Shown here in pieces: positions 26,809 to 37,414 of a DNA stretch of 64,000 nucleotides; the stretch's first letter is position 1; the number at the start of each line of letters is the position of its first letter. The stretch covers positions 7,323 to 71,322 of the forward strand of contig CAUDEY010000008.1 of the NCBI GenBank assembly GCA_958448705.1, given 5' to 3'. The translations under genes and the position numbers were made by a program. This DNA comes from an uncultured Clostridia bacterium. Lineage in GTDB: Bacteria; Bacillota; Clostridia; Christensenellales; QALW01. The notes beneath the pieces were generated by a model that did not search any database, was not told where the DNA came from, and saw only the letters and a program-made list of their open reading frames with translations.

Positions 26809-27193
26809 TACATAAAAAGGAACCAATGAAGTATAAGATTTACCAAAGATGATTAGGATGAGGCGCCTTGCTTTTCTTTTGGGTGTTGCTCTTTTCCTGC
26901 AAAAAAAAAATAAAAATTGAATAAGGAAACATAACATCTGAGAAATTTATCATCTCAGCTCATTACCGAAAGAGGATTTGATGCTACACATCACAACCTT
27001 GCATCAAACGTTCGGACAAGCAGGAAAGAGTATCGCTATATCTGCGCATGAAAATGCGCAGATATTTTTTTGCAGCGTTTGCGGTAACGCGTGCTGAACA
27101 AGAATATTCTTGCCTGCTGCTTCAGAGTGTGCTACAATGCTTCTGGTACGTTTTATATTGGTGTTTTTAAAGAAATGCAGGGGGAACGGAGAT

Positions 27194-28036
27194 ATGATCT
27201 ATTCGTTCTTGTTGATCGGTCAATCCAATATGGCCGGCCGGGGAGATTTGAAAGAGGTTTCGCCAATCAGCGATACACGGCTGCTTATGATGCGCAATGG
27301 CCGGTGGCAGCCTTTGCATGAACCGGTAAGCAGTGACCGCCCGATGGCCGGAGCCAGCCTTGGCGTCAGCTTTGCCAAGCGGTTTATTGAGGAACATCCC
27401 GGCGACAGCGCGGCGCTGATTCCCTGTGCTGACGGCGGTACTACGCTGCAGGAGTGGCACAAGGGAGAACCGTTGTATGAGCATGCGGTGTTTTGTGCCA
27501 GACAGGCACAGCGGAACAGCCGGCTCACGGCGATTTTGTGGCATCAGGGGGAATCGGATACACTGCCGGAGCAGTATTCTTCTTATCGTATCCGTTTGGA
27601 AGAGATGATAACCGCGCTCAAGAAGGATATCGGTGCGGATATTCCCGTGCTTATGGGCGCGCTGGGGGAATACCTGTCGTATATGATCTATGATGAAAAA
27701 TATCAAAACTATGGTTTTGTAAATCAGCAGCTGATCGAATGTGCACAGAACAACCCCGATTATTACTATGTTTCGGCAAAAGGCCTTTCCTGTAACAGGG
27801 ATATGCTGCACTTCTCAGCCAAAGCATTGCGGGAATTCGGTTTGCGTTATTATACGGCTTTTTCGCAAAAGCGCAGTATTTTTGATGAAGAGATTACGGA
27901 ATCTCTTCTTTTGCCCGCGGCGGAGGAATCCGGATTTTTAAAAAATATGGAAAGACTGTGTGCGGAATATAAGGCCGGCCGGCTTTCACGGGAAGCTTTT
28001 GAAACTGCCAAGGCGGAGCTGGTGCGCAATGCGTGA
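27194..28036 (+). CDS. Sialate O-acetylesterase-like (SASA/DUF303) carbohydrate esterase
   Basis: LLIGQSNMAGRGDL and ILWHQGESD motifs. The ATG at 27194 follows GGAG. Confidence 0.8.
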   Translation: MIYSFLLIGQSNMAGRGDLKEVSPISDTRLLMMRNGRWQPLHEPVSSDRPMAGASLGVSFAKRFIEEHPGDSAALIPCADGGTTLQEWHKGEPLYEHAVFCARQAQRNSRLTAILWHQGESDTLPEQYSSYRIRLEEMITALKKDIGADIPVLMGALGEYLSYMIYDEKYQNYGFVNQQLIECAQNNPDYYYVSAKGLSCNRDMLHFSAKALREFGLRYYTAFSQKRSIFDEEITESLLLPAAEESGFLKNMERLCAEYKAGRLSREAFETAKAELVRNA

Positions 28037-29054
28037 GGATATTTGGGGAAAGCTGCAGCGGTTGAATCGACCGTTAGTGCTCTACGGCATGGGCAATGGG
28101 GCAGAAGCAATGATTCGTCAGCTTGCAAAATACGGATTGGCGCCCTCCGGCTTTTTTGCCAGCGATGATTTTGTACGCGGGCAGAGCTTTTTAGGGTTTC
28201 CGGTTCTCACGTTTTCCCAAGCGAAGGAAAGGTTCCCGGATATGGTGGTACTGGTAGCCTTCGGCACCCAACGGCCGGAGGTGATACAAAATATTCTTTC
28301 GCTGGAAGCCGAGGTTTATGCGCCGGAGGTGCCGGTTGCCGGAAACGAAGTGTTTACCCTTGCTTTCGCCCGCGAAAACCGAAAAGCAATCGAGGCGGCC
28401 TATGCGCTGCTTGCAGACGACCGTTCCCGCCGGGTATTTGAGGAATTGATTGCCTATAAGCTGGATGGCGAGATTCGTCATTTGCTTGCCTGTGAAAGCG
28501 AAAGGGATGAGCTATATGCATTGCTTTCTTTTCATAACCGGGAAAGGTACCTTGACCTTGGTGCTTATAATGGCGATACTGTGCTGGAATTTATTCAGCA
28601 AAACCGGGAATGGGAAAGTATTACCGCAGTGGAACCGGATGCGAAAAATTTCAGAAAGCTGATGAAAAATACGGCCGGCATCGAAAATATAACCTGTATA
28701 CAGGCGGTAGCCGGTGATGCCTGCGGTATCGCACATTTTTCCTCTTTCGGCGGCAGAAACTCGCGGCCCGGAAACGGCGGGCAGGTACCGGCGATAACGG
28801 TGGATTCCCTGAAAAAACCGTTCAGCTTTATTAAAATAGACGTAGAGGGCAGCGAAGCAGCGGTACTTCAAGGGGCGCGTGAAACGATTCGGAACGATCG
28901 GCCTAAAATGCTGGTGGCGGCATATCACCGAAGCGGGGATCTCTTTTCATTGCCTCTTACTGTGCATCGGTTGAATCCGAACTATAAAATCTATTTGCGG
29001 CATCAGCGATATATTCCTGCATGGGATACGAACTATTGCTTTATAGAAAGGTAA
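28029..29054 (+). CDS. FkbM-family methyltransferase
   Basis: LDLGAYNGDT.., VEPDAKNFRKL.., AVAGDACG.., FIKIDVEGSEAAVLQGA. The ATG overlaps the upstream stop. Confidence 0.8.
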   Translation: MREDIWGKLQRLNRPLVLYGMGNGAEAMIRQLAKYGLAPSGFFASDDFVRGQSFLGFPVLTFSQAKERFPDMVVLVAFGTQRPEVIQNILSLEAEVYAPEVPVAGNEVFTLAFARENRKAIEAAYALLADDRSRRVFEELIAYKLDGEIRHLLACESERDELYALLSFHNRERYLDLGAYNGDTVLEFIQQNREWESITAVEPDAKNFRKLMKNTAGIENITCIQAVAGDACGIAHFSSFGGRNSRPGNGGQVPAITVDSLKKPFSFIKIDVEGSEAAVLQGARETIRNDRPKMLVAAYHRSGDLFSLPLTVHRLNPNYKIYLRHQRYIPAWDTNYCFIER

Positions 29055-29220
29055 GAAAAGAAAGGCCGTCTTACGGCTTTTTCTTTTTGTTCAAAAGATA
29101 TCCCGTTCCCGGAAAATCGGCAGCGCATATTGCTGCTTGCAAAAAAACAGTAAATGTAGTAGAATGAATTTGTTTTGATATGTAGATCAAAAAACTTTTT
29201 GAATATCAGGAGGAATACTC

Positions 29221-29772
29221 ATGAAAGCAATACAGACAAGCCTTCCGGGAGTAGTCATCATTGAGCCGGATGTTTTTGGGGACCATCGGGGATGGTTTAT
29301 GGAAACATGGTCAAAAAAGAAACTGGAGGAACTTGGCATTTTTGCAGACTTTGTGCAGGATAACCAGAGCTTTACCGCAAAAAAAGGAACGCTCAGGGGC
29401 TTGCATTTTCAGATGGACCCCATGGCACAGGCAAAGCTTGTTCGCGTAGTGGCCGGTGCGGTGCTGGATGTGGCGGTGGATATCCGCAAAAATTCCCCTA
29501 CGTATTTGAAATGGGTCAGTGTGGAGCTTTCGGCGGAAAACAAGCGCCAGTTCTTTATTCCCCGCGGGTTTGCCCACGGCTTTGTAGCGTTGACGGATAA
29601 CGTGGAGTTTGTGTATAAATGCGATAACTACTACAGCAAGGAATGTGACCGATCCATTAAATTTGACGATCCCGCTATCGGGGTGGATTGGGGCATTGAA
29701 AACCCCATCATTTCGGAAAAAGATGCAAACGCGCCTTTGCTCAAGGACAGCGACTGCAATTTTATAATGTAA
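29221..29772 (+). CDS. rfbC: dTDP-4-dehydrorhamnose 3,5-epimerase
   Basis: VFGDHRGWFMETW...GTLRGLHFQ...KLVRVVAGAVLDVAVDIRKNSPTY is the RmlC signature. Confidence 0.93.
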   Translation: MKAIQTSLPGVVIIEPDVFGDHRGWFMETWSKKKLEELGIFADFVQDNQSFTAKKGTLRGLHFQMDPMAQAKLVRVVAGAVLDVAVDIRKNSPTYLKWVSVELSAENKRQFFIPRGFAHGFVALTDNVEFVYKCDNYYSKECDRSIKFDDPAIGVDWGIENPIISEKDANAPLLKDSDCNFIM

Positions 29773-29785
29773 AGGAGAATTTGCT

Positions 29786-30805
29786 TTGAATATTATTGTT
29801 ACAGGCGGCGCCGGATTTATCGGCAGCAATTTTGTATATTTCCAGTTAAAAAACCACCCGGAGGATCGGATTGTCTGCTTTGACGCGCTTACCTATGCAG
29901 GGAATTTAGCCACGTTGGAGGAGGCGATGAAAAACCCGAACTTCCGTTTTGTAAAGGGTGATATTGCCGATAGGGAATGTGTTTTTAAGCTGTTTGAAGA
30001 AGAAAAACCGGATATAGTGGTAAATTTTGCGGCGGAAAGCCATGTGGACCGCTCGATAGAGAATCCGGAAATCTTTTTGCGTACCAATATTTTGGGTACG
30101 CAGGTGCTGATGGATGCCTGCCGTAAATACGGCATTACGCGTTATCATCAGGTTTCTACCGACGAGGTTTACGGCGACCTTCCGCTGGATAGGCCGGAGC
30201 TGTTCTTTACGGAGGAAACGCCGATTCATACCTCCAGCCCGTATTCGGCCAGCAAGGCCTCGGCCGATTTGCTGGTGCTGGCGTATTACCGCACCTTTAA
30301 GCTGCCGGTTTCCATTACGCGCTGCTCCAATAACTACGGTCCGTATCATTTCCCGGAAAAGCTGATTCCCTTGATGATTTCACGCGCTTTAAACAATGAG
30401 AGCCTTCCTGTATACGGCAAGGGCGAAAATGTGCGGGATTGGCTGTATGTAGAGGATCACTGCTCGGCGATTGACCTGGTTATCCGTAAGGGCCGGGTAG
30501 GCGAAGTGTATAACATCGGCGGCCACAACGAGCGCACGAACTTGCAGGTGGTAAAGACGATTTTAAAGGAGCTGAATAAGCCGGAATCCTTAATTACCTA
30601 TGTTACCGACCGTCCCGGCCATGATATGCGGTATGCGATTGACCCCACAAAAATTCATAATGAGCTGGGCTGGCTGCCGGAAACAAAGTTTGATGACGGT
30701 ATTCACCAAACCGTACAGTGGTATTTAGATAATCGCGCCTGGTGGGAAAACATCTTAAAAGGGGACTATCAAAATTACTATGAAAGAATGTACAGTAAGA
30801 GGTAA
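29786..30805 (+). CDS. rfbB: dTDP-glucose 4,6-dehydratase
   Basis: VTGGAGFIGSNF, YSASKA, and the typical RmlB C-terminus. Confidence 0.93.
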   Translation: MNIIVTGGAGFIGSNFVYFQLKNHPEDRIVCFDALTYAGNLATLEEAMKNPNFRFVKGDIADRECVFKLFEEEKPDIVVNFAAESHVDRSIENPEIFLRTNILGTQVLMDACRKYGITRYHQVSTDEVYGDLPLDRPELFFTEETPIHTSSPYSASKASADLLVLAYYRTFKLPVSITRCSNNYGPYHFPEKLIPLMISRALNNESLPVYGKGENVRDWLYVEDHCSAIDLVIRKGRVGEVYNIGGHNERTNLQVVKTILKELNKPESLITYVTDRPGHDMRYAIDPTKIHNELGWLPETKFDDGIHQTVQWYLDNRAWWENILKGDYQNYYERMYSKR

Positions 30806-30811
30806 AAGGGT

Positions 30812-31663
30812 ATGAAGGTTTTGGTTACCGGCGTGAAAGGGCAGCTGGGTTATGATGTGGTAAAGCGCCTGCATGTGCTGGGCATTGAATGTAAAGGCGT
30901 GGATATTGAGGATTTTGATCTGACCGACGAGGCAGCCGTATTAAACGGCATTTGTGCGTATCAGCCGGATGCTGTGGTACACTGCGCAGCGTATACGGCG
31001 GTGGATAAGGCGGAGGAAAACCGTGACCTTTGCTACCGTGTAAATGTGCTGGGTACCCGGAATGTGGCGATGGCTTGCCGGGAAATCGATGCCAAGATGA
31101 TTTATATCAGCACGGATTATGTGTTTAACGGCCAGGGCGAAGCGGCATTTGCGCCGGAAGATAAAAAAGAGCCCATCAATTATTACGGTGAAACAAAAGC
31201 GCTTGGGGAAGAGGAAGTTACACGCCTTTTAAACAAATATTTTATTGTGCGCATTTCCTGGGTATTTGGCATAAACGGCGCCAATTTTGTAAAAACGATG
31301 CTTCGTTTAGGCAAGGAAAAGGAAGAATTAACAGTGGTGGGGGATCAGATCGGCTCGCCCACCTATACCTTTGATTTGGCAATCCTTTTGTGCGATATGC
31401 TGCAGACGGAAAAATACGGTATTTATCATGCTACCAACGAGGGGCTTTGTTCCTGGGCGGAATTTGCACAGGAAATTATGGCCCAGGCGCATTTAGGAAT
31501 GAAGATCCGGCCGATTTTATCCAGTGAATATCCGGCAAAGGCAAAAAGACCCTATAATTCGCGTATGAATAAGGATAAATTGGTGCAGAATGGATTTTGC
31601 AGGCTTCCGGATTGGCAGGATGCTTTAAAAAGATATCTTCTGGAGCTTGAAAAAGCAGATTAA
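30812..31663 (+). CDS. rfbD: dTDP-4-dehydrorhamnose reductase
   Basis: VLVTGVKGQLG..., YISTDYVFNG, YGETKALGE. Confidence 0.9.
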   Translation: MKVLVTGVKGQLGYDVVKRLHVLGIECKGVDIEDFDLTDEAAVLNGICAYQPDAVVHCAAYTAVDKAEENRDLCYRVNVLGTRNVAMACREIDAKMIYISTDYVFNGQGEAAFAPEDKKEPINYYGETKALGEEEVTRLLNKYFIVRISWVFGINGANFVKTMLRLGKEKEELTVVGDQIGSPTYTFDLAILLCDMLQTEKYGIYHATNEGLCSWAEFAQEIMAQAHLGMKIRPILSSEYPAKAKRPYNSRMNKDKLVQNGFCRLPDWQDALKRYLLELEKAD

Positions 31664-31674
31664 AGGGGAATTTT

Positions 31675-33045
31675 ATGAGAAGAACATTGTCGTTTCTGGC
31701 AGTGATTTTAAGCGCAGTATTGCTTATCGCAGGCTGCGCTGTTTTTCAAAAAAATGAAATGGTACCCGGTGAGGCGGTGGGGCAGCAGATAACGTCGCCA
31801 ATGCTGACGCCAACGTCTACAGAGCCGGTCTGCCAAAGCTTGACGGGGGTTGTGTGTGCCTATAACGATGAAACGTTTTCACTGGCGTTATCCGATGGTT
31901 CGGTTGTTGTTTTTGCACGCCCGGCCAAGGAGGAGGAAAGCTGCATTTTCTTGGATAACACTGTTACGGTAGAATATAGCGGCCGTTTGGAGGAAGGCAT
32001 AACGCCGGCTGCACTTTCCGGGGAAACAAAGACGCGCACGGCCATCCGGGCGGGAGAAATACTCCGCCAAATGACGCTGGAGGAGCAAGTAGGGCAGCTG
32101 TTTATTGCCCGCTGCCCGGCGGAGCAGGTGGCAGCAAAAGCGGCGGAATATTCGCTGGGCGGCTATATCTTATTTAAAAGAGATTTTACGGATAAAAGCG
32201 CATCGAAGGTGCAGGCGGAAATACAAAGCTATCAGGCGGCGGCAAAGCTTCCCATGCTGATTGGCGTGGATGAAGAAGGCGGCACGGTAAACCGTGTCAG
32301 CAGCAATTCCCAATTGCGAGAAACGCCGTTTTTATCACCGCAGGAACTGTACCGGCAGGGCGGCTGGGAAGGTATTCAAAAGGATACTGTTGAAAAGTGT
32401 GATTTATTGCAATCGCTGGGTATCAATTTGAATTTAGCGCCGGTATGCGATATTTCGGTGAATGAAAAAGATTATATGCATAAGCGAAGCTTTGGTCAGG
32501 ATGCGCAGACGACAGCTTTTTATGTAAAAACGGTGGTAGAACAGATGGATGCTGCACGCATAGGTTCTGTCCTTAAGCATTTTCCCGGGTATGGGAACAA
32601 TGCGGATACGCATACGGGTATGTCGATCGATAAGCGGCCGTATGAAACCTTTGTGCAGGAGGATTTTCTTCCTTTTTCTGCGGGGATTGAGGCTGGCGCC
32701 GGGGCGGTGCTGGTATCGCATAATATTGTGGAGTGTATGGATGCGTCAGCGCCGGCGTCTCTTTCAAAAAACGTGCACCGAATATTGCGGGAGGAGCTGG
32801 GTTTTTCGGGTGTTATTATGACCGATGACCTCTATATGGATGCTATAAAAAAGTATACCGGTGACCGGGAGGCAGCTGTGGCGGCTGTTTTAGCCGGCAA
32901 TGATATGCTTTGCTGTACGGATTTTGAAAAGCAGATCCCTGCCGTACTGGAAGCGGTACAAGGGGGAATAATCGAACGCCGGCAGATTGCACAGGCAGCT
33001 GAGCGGGTACTGATATGGAAGATAGAACTGGGGATTTTGTCTTAA
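31675..33045 (+). CDS. GH3 beta-N-acetylhexosaminidase-like lipoprotein
   Basis: Lipobox LLIAGC. GH3 motifs EEQVGQLF, GVDEEGGTVNRV, KHFPGYGN and VIMTDDL. Confidence 0.85.
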   Translation: MRRTLSFLAVILSAVLLIAGCAVFQKNEMVPGEAVGQQITSPMLTPTSTEPVCQSLTGVVCAYNDETFSLALSDGSVVVFARPAKEEESCIFLDNTVTVEYSGRLEEGITPAALSGETKTRTAIRAGEILRQMTLEEQVGQLFIARCPAEQVAAKAAEYSLGGYILFKRDFTDKSASKVQAEIQSYQAAAKLPMLIGVDEEGGTVNRVSSNSQLRETPFLSPQELYRQGGWEGIQKDTVEKCDLLQSLGINLNLAPVCDISVNEKDYMHKRSFGQDAQTTAFYVKTVVEQMDAARIGSVLKHFPGYGNNADTHTGMSIDKRPYETFVQEDFLPFSAGIEAGAGAVLVSHNIVECMDASAPASLSKNVHRILREELGFSGVIMTDDLYMDAIKKYTGDREAAVAAVLAGNDMLCCTDFEKQIPAVLEAVQGGIIERRQIAQAAERVLIWKIELGILS

Positions 33046-33067
33046 AAGCTTTATAGAATAGGGATGG

Positions 33068-33256
33068 ATGAAAATGAAAAAATGTTTTGTGCTGCTGTGC
33101 TGTATGTGCCTGCTTTTGGGCGGGTGTCAAAACGGTGCGGAAGAAGCCGCGGCGCCTACATCAATTGAAGGAACGGCAGCACCGCAGCCGACGCCATCGC
33201 AAACAGAGCCGCTGAAGGAAAGCACAATACGTTTTTTAGATCTGCTGGAGGCGTAG
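33068..33256 (+). CDS. Small putative lipoprotein
   Basis: MKMKKCFVLLCCMCLLLGGCQNG has a lipobox. It is short and unsupported otherwise. Confidence 0.35.
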   Translation: MKMKKCFVLLCCMCLLLGGCQNGAEEAAAPTSIEGTAAPQPTPSQTEPLKESTIRFLDLLEA

Positions 33257-33433
33257 ATTTATAAACGGCAGGCATGGCAATAGCCCGGCTTGCTTTTTTT
33301 ACGGGAATTTTTGGCAGAAAGGAATGTGAAAGAACGCCGAAATTTTTATCAAAGCATTTTCGGTTGCTTTATTTTTTATGCAGCAGTATGATAATATAAA
33401 AATAGGAGTATTGTATAAACAAGCAAAACGGGA

Positions 33434-34144
33434 GTGAGTGCGTTGGCATATATAGAATTTAAAGACGTATGTAAATTTTATAAAAGCGGCGATCATACGA
33501 TTGCCGCAGCAGATCATATTAATTTTGAGGCAGAAAAGGGAGAGTTTGTAGTTATTGTAGGCCCTTCCGGTGCGGGCAAGACTACGGTGCTGAATATGCT
33601 GGGCGGTATGGATACCTGCGATGCCGGCGATATTGTGCTTGACGGCAATCTGGTAAGCCGATATACCAATAAACAGCTTACCAAATACCGCCGGTATGAG
33701 GTGGGCTTTGTTTTTCAGTTTTATAATTTGGTACAAAATCTTACCGCATTGGAAAATGTGGAACTGGCCTCGGAAATTTGCCGTGAGCCGCTGGATGCGG
33801 CGGAAACATTGGAGTCGGTAGGATTAAAGGAGCGTATGGGAAATTTCCCCGCGCAGCTTTCCGGCGGGGAGCAGCAGCGTGTTTCTATTGCCCGGGCAAT
33901 TGCCAAAAATCCCAAAATTTTGCTTTGCGATGAGCCTACGGGAGCACTGGATTACAACACCGGTAAGGCGATTTTGAAGCTGTTGTATGATACTTGTAAA
34001 AAAACAGGTAAGACCGTGATTGTTATTACCCATAACCAGGCGATTTGTGCTATGGCTGATAGGGTAATCAGAATAAAGAATGGAAGTGTCTCGGATATGC
34101 AGATGAATCCGGAACCGATAGACGCTGAAAGGATTGAATGGTAA
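33434..34144 (+). CDS. ABC transporter ATP-binding protein (MacB/LolD-like)
   Basis: [34 protein letters not shown]. The start may instead be TTG 33443. Confidence 0.9.
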   Translation: MSALAYIEFKDVCKFYKSGDHTIAAADHINFEAEKGEFVVIVGPSGAGKTTVLNMLGGMDTCDAGDIVLDGNLVSRYTNKQLTKYRRYEVGFVFQFYNLVQNLTALENVELASEICREPLDAAETLESVGLKERMGNFPAQLSGGEQQRVSIARAIAKNPKILLCDEPTGALDYNTGKAILKLLYDTCKKTGKTVIVITHNQAICAMADRVIRIKNGSVSDMQMNPEPIDAERIEW

Positions 34145-37100
34145 TGAAGAAAAACTATCGTAAAATAGTTTTAGGACAGATCCGCCATTCCTTCAGCCGG
34201 TTTTTGGCTATTTTGGCGATCACCGCATTGGGCGTGGGCTTTTTGGCAGGGCTGCAGTCTACTGGACCGGATATGTATGATTCCATGGATCGTTATTATG
34301 ATGCGCATCACTTTTTTGATATTGATATCAAATCTACGATGGGACTTACCGAGGCGGATGCAGAAAGCCTGCGTGCACTTGACGGAATTCAAAAAGCGGC
34401 GGGCGTCTATACAGCGGATGTTTTGTTTCAAAACGGCGGAGGCGAAACCGGTGTTTTGCGGATATCTACGGCGGATTTTACAGATAACGAGCTTATTAAC
34501 GGTATGACCCTGCTGGAGGGCAGATTTCCGCAGAACAGCGGGGAATGTGTGGCTTTGGCGTCTATTGGGTTTGGAAATTCTTTTCAAGTGGGGGATGAGA
34601 TCCTTCTTGCACAGGAAAGTGAGAACCTTGCCGGTACCCGCTTTACGGTTACCGGTATTGCAGATTCCCCGGCATATATGTCTATTGAGCAGGAGCCCAG
34701 TACGGTGGGAAAGGGCTACATTGACGCCGTGATTTATGTCACTGCTGATGCGGTAACGGCAGAGTACTATACTGATATATATCTGCTGGCAGAAAACGCG
34801 CAAGCATTGAATACGTTTTATGATGCATATGATGCGTGCATAGCGGAAGTGAAAAATAAAATTGATACGATAAAAATGGATTGTACGCAGCGGCGGCTGG
34901 CGGAAATTCGCCGGGATTATGAGGTTGACCTTGCTGACGGAAGAAAAGAATATGAACAGGCGAAAGCCGAAGCCGAACAAAAATTTGCTGAAACTGAGGC
35001 TGAACTCAATAAGGCGGAAGCCGAACTGAATGAGGCGGAGGCCACCCTGATGCGTACCAGAGAGCAGCTGGAGACCGCAAAGGAGCAGTTGGATGCTGGC
35101 AAGCAGGAGCTTGCGGATGCAAGAGTGCAATATGATGCGGGCTTAACCGCGTATGAGACAGGGGTTCAGGAATTGCAAAGTGGTGAACTGCTGTTACAGG
35201 AGAAGGAACAGCAGCTTTTGGGATTAAAGACTGCCGCAGAAATGCTTTCCGGCAGCAGCGAACAAAAGCTGCAGGCGCTTAGGATACTGGAGCCGTTTGA
35301 TGAAACCGGCGTGGTGACCTCTCTGATTGCTTTGGCTCAAGTGCGGCCCTTGACGGAAGAGGATGTATTGCCGTTAACGGCAATACTTTCGCAGAAAATT
35401 TCTGAGGCAGAGGAAGCGCTTGTTCAGGGAAAAAGAGAGCTTGCGGAAGTTAGGGAGGAGCTTGCAGCAGCCAAAACGGAGTTAGATGGTGCATTGGCAC
35501 AGATAGAAAAAAATGAAGCATTGCTGCAGGTGTCACAGCAGGAGTACGAAGCGGGGAAAAAGCAGGCTGACCAGGGATTTTTGGAGTATGAAGAGGGAAA
35601 GGCAGAATTCATACGGGGAAAAGAGGAGTATGCTGCCTCAAAGGCTGATGCGGAAAAAGAGCTTGCCGATGCGGAAGAAGAACTGAAACAGGCTGAAAAA
35701 GAATTGAATGAGTTGAATGCCCCTTCCTGGTATGTGCTGGATAGAAATACAAATCCCAGCTATGTGAGCTTTTCTTCTAATGCTGAAAAAATCGTGGCAA
35801 TTGCGCGTGTGTTTCCGATTTTCTTCTTTTTAGTGGCGGCACTGGTCGCTTTAACGACAATGACGCGTATGGTAGATGAAGAGCGTGTGCTGATCGGAAC
35901 ATTAAAGGCGATTGGTTACAGCAATCGAAGGATTGTTTTTAAATATGTGGCTTATTCCTTTGCCGCTGGTGTTTTGGGCAGCGGAGTAGGTCTTGCCGGA
36001 GGTCTTACGGTATTGCCTGTAGTCATATGGAATGCTTACAGCATGCTCTACAGATTTCCGCAATTGATTCTTTCGTTTAATCCCGGAATCTCTTTGTTTT
36101 CAGCGGCAGCACTGATCTTATGTGTAACGCTGGCTACGTTGTGGGCTTGTGCGGAAAGTTTAAAAGAGGTACCGGCACGGCTGATGCTTCCGCGTGCACC
36201 GAAAGCGGGAAAGCGGGTGTTCTTGGAACGCATTAAGCCGATATGGAACCATATGAAATTTACCCATAAGGTGACAGCCCGAAATATTTTGCGGTATAAG
36301 AAGCGTTTTTTTATGACGGTGATCGGTGTTGCCGGCTGTACGGCACTTTTGCTTACCGGTTTTGGCTTAAAGGATGCTATCGGCGATATTGTCAATGTAC
36401 AGTACGGAGAAATACAAAAATATGATCTTACCGTCAATACTGCTGAACCTGAGCCGGCTATTGAATATTTAAAAGAGGTGGGAGCAGACGCGTTTGCAGT
36501 AATAAGCAGCCGGGAAATGACGGCACAGGGAGAAAAACCGCAGGAAATTAAAGTTTGGACAGCGCCAGGCAGTGAAGATCTTTTGGAAGTTATAAACCTG
36601 CGCAGCCGAAGGAGCGGACAAAAAATTGCATTTGATGATCAAAGCGTTGTTCTTACTGAAAAAGCCGCTAAAAATTTAGGGATATCTGTCGGTGACGAAA
36701 TTACGCTGGAGGATGAAGACGGTAGGGAATACCGCGTGACGATTACTGCGATCTGTGAAGGATATATCGATCATTATCTCTACCTGACGCAGACGAAATA
36801 TGAACAGCTTTTTGAGGAAACACCTGAATACAACACGCTTTTAGCATCGGTGCACGCGCAAAACGAAGATGATGTTATGCGCGGACTGCTTGCTCTTGAT
36901 GCGGTGGATTCAGCGTCATTTTCCAGCGTTGTAGTCAACAGCTTTGCCAATATGATTGATAAGATCAACTATGTAGTATATGTTTTAATCATTGCTGCCG
37001 GTATGCTGGCGTTTATCGTACTGTACAATCTTACCAATATTAATATCGGTGAACGGCAAAAAGAGATTGCTACCATTAAGGTGCTTGGCTTTTATGACGG

Positions 37101-37365
37101 GGAAGTTTCTGCTTATATTTGCCGGGAAACGATTATTCTTAGCTTGATTGGTACGGCCGCAGGGTTGCTTTTGGGCATTTTGCTGTGCCGGTATGTGGTA
37201 GTAACAGCTGAAATGGAGGATATCATGTTCGGCCGAAATATTAAGGTATGGAGCTACGTGCTTTCGGCAGTGATTACTATGATTTTTTCTACATTGGTAA
37301 ACCTAATTATGTATAAAAAACTGCAGAAGATCGATATGGTAGAATCCCTGAAATCGGTTGATTGA
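34144..37365 (+). CDS. Large FtsX/MacB-type ABC permease with a long coiled-coil extracytoplasmic insert
   Basis: TAATG coupling to the ATPase gene. Two FtsX-like TM blocks flank an A/E/K/Q-rich region (AEAEQKFAETEAELNKAEAELNEAEATL...). Confidence 0.85.
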   Translation: MKKNYRKIVLGQIRHSFSRFLAILAITALGVGFLAGLQSTGPDMYDSMDRYYDAHHFFDIDIKSTMGLTEADAESLRALDGIQKAAGVYTADVLFQNGGGETGVLRISTADFTDNELINGMTLLEGRFPQNSGECVALASIGFGNSFQVGDEILLAQESENLAGTRFTVTGIADSPAYMSIEQEPSTVGKGYIDAVIYVTADAVTAEYYTDIYLLAENAQALNTFYDAYDACIAEVKNKIDTIKMDCTQRRLAEIRRDYEVDLADGRKEYEQAKAEAEQKFAETEAELNKAEAELNEAEATLMRTREQLETAKEQLDAGKQELADARVQYDAGLTAYETGVQELQSGELLLQEKEQQLLGLKTAAEMLSGSSEQKLQALRILEPFDETGVVTSLIALAQVRPLTEEDVLPLTAILSQKISEAEEALVQGKRELAEVREELAAAKTELDGALAQIEKNEALLQVSQQEYEAGKKQADQGFLEYEEGKAEFIRGKEEYAASKADAEKELADAEEELKQAEKELNELNAPSWYVLDRNTNPSYVSFSSNAEKIVAIARVFPIFFFLVAALVALTTMTRMVDEERVLIGTLKAIGYSNRRIVFKYVAYSFAAGVLGSGVGLAGGLTVLPVVIWNAYSMLYRFPQLILSFNPGISLFSAAALILCVTLATLWACAESLKEVPARLMLPRAPKAGKRVFLERIKPIWNHMKFTHKVTARNILRYKKRFFMTVIGVAGCTALLLTGFGLKDAIGDIVNVQYGEIQKYDLTVNTAEPEPAIEYLKEVGADAFAVISSREMTAQGEKPQEIKVWTAPGSEDLLEVINLRSRRSGQKIAFDDQSVVLTEKAAKNLGISVGDEITLEDEDGREYRVTITAICEGYIDHYLYLTQTKYEQLFEETPEYNTLLASVHAQNEDDVMRGLLALDAVDSASFSSVVVNSFANMIDKINYVVYVLIIAAGMLAFIVLYNLTNINIGERQKEIATIKVLGFYDGEVSAYICRETIILSLIGTAAGLLLGILLCRYVVVTAEMEDIMFGRNIKVWSYVLSAVITMIFSTLVNLIMYKKLQKIDMVESLKSVD

Positions 37366-37414
37366 GAAAAGAAAAAATGGTATACTAATAAAAACGCATT
37401 GTGAGGATTGTTTT

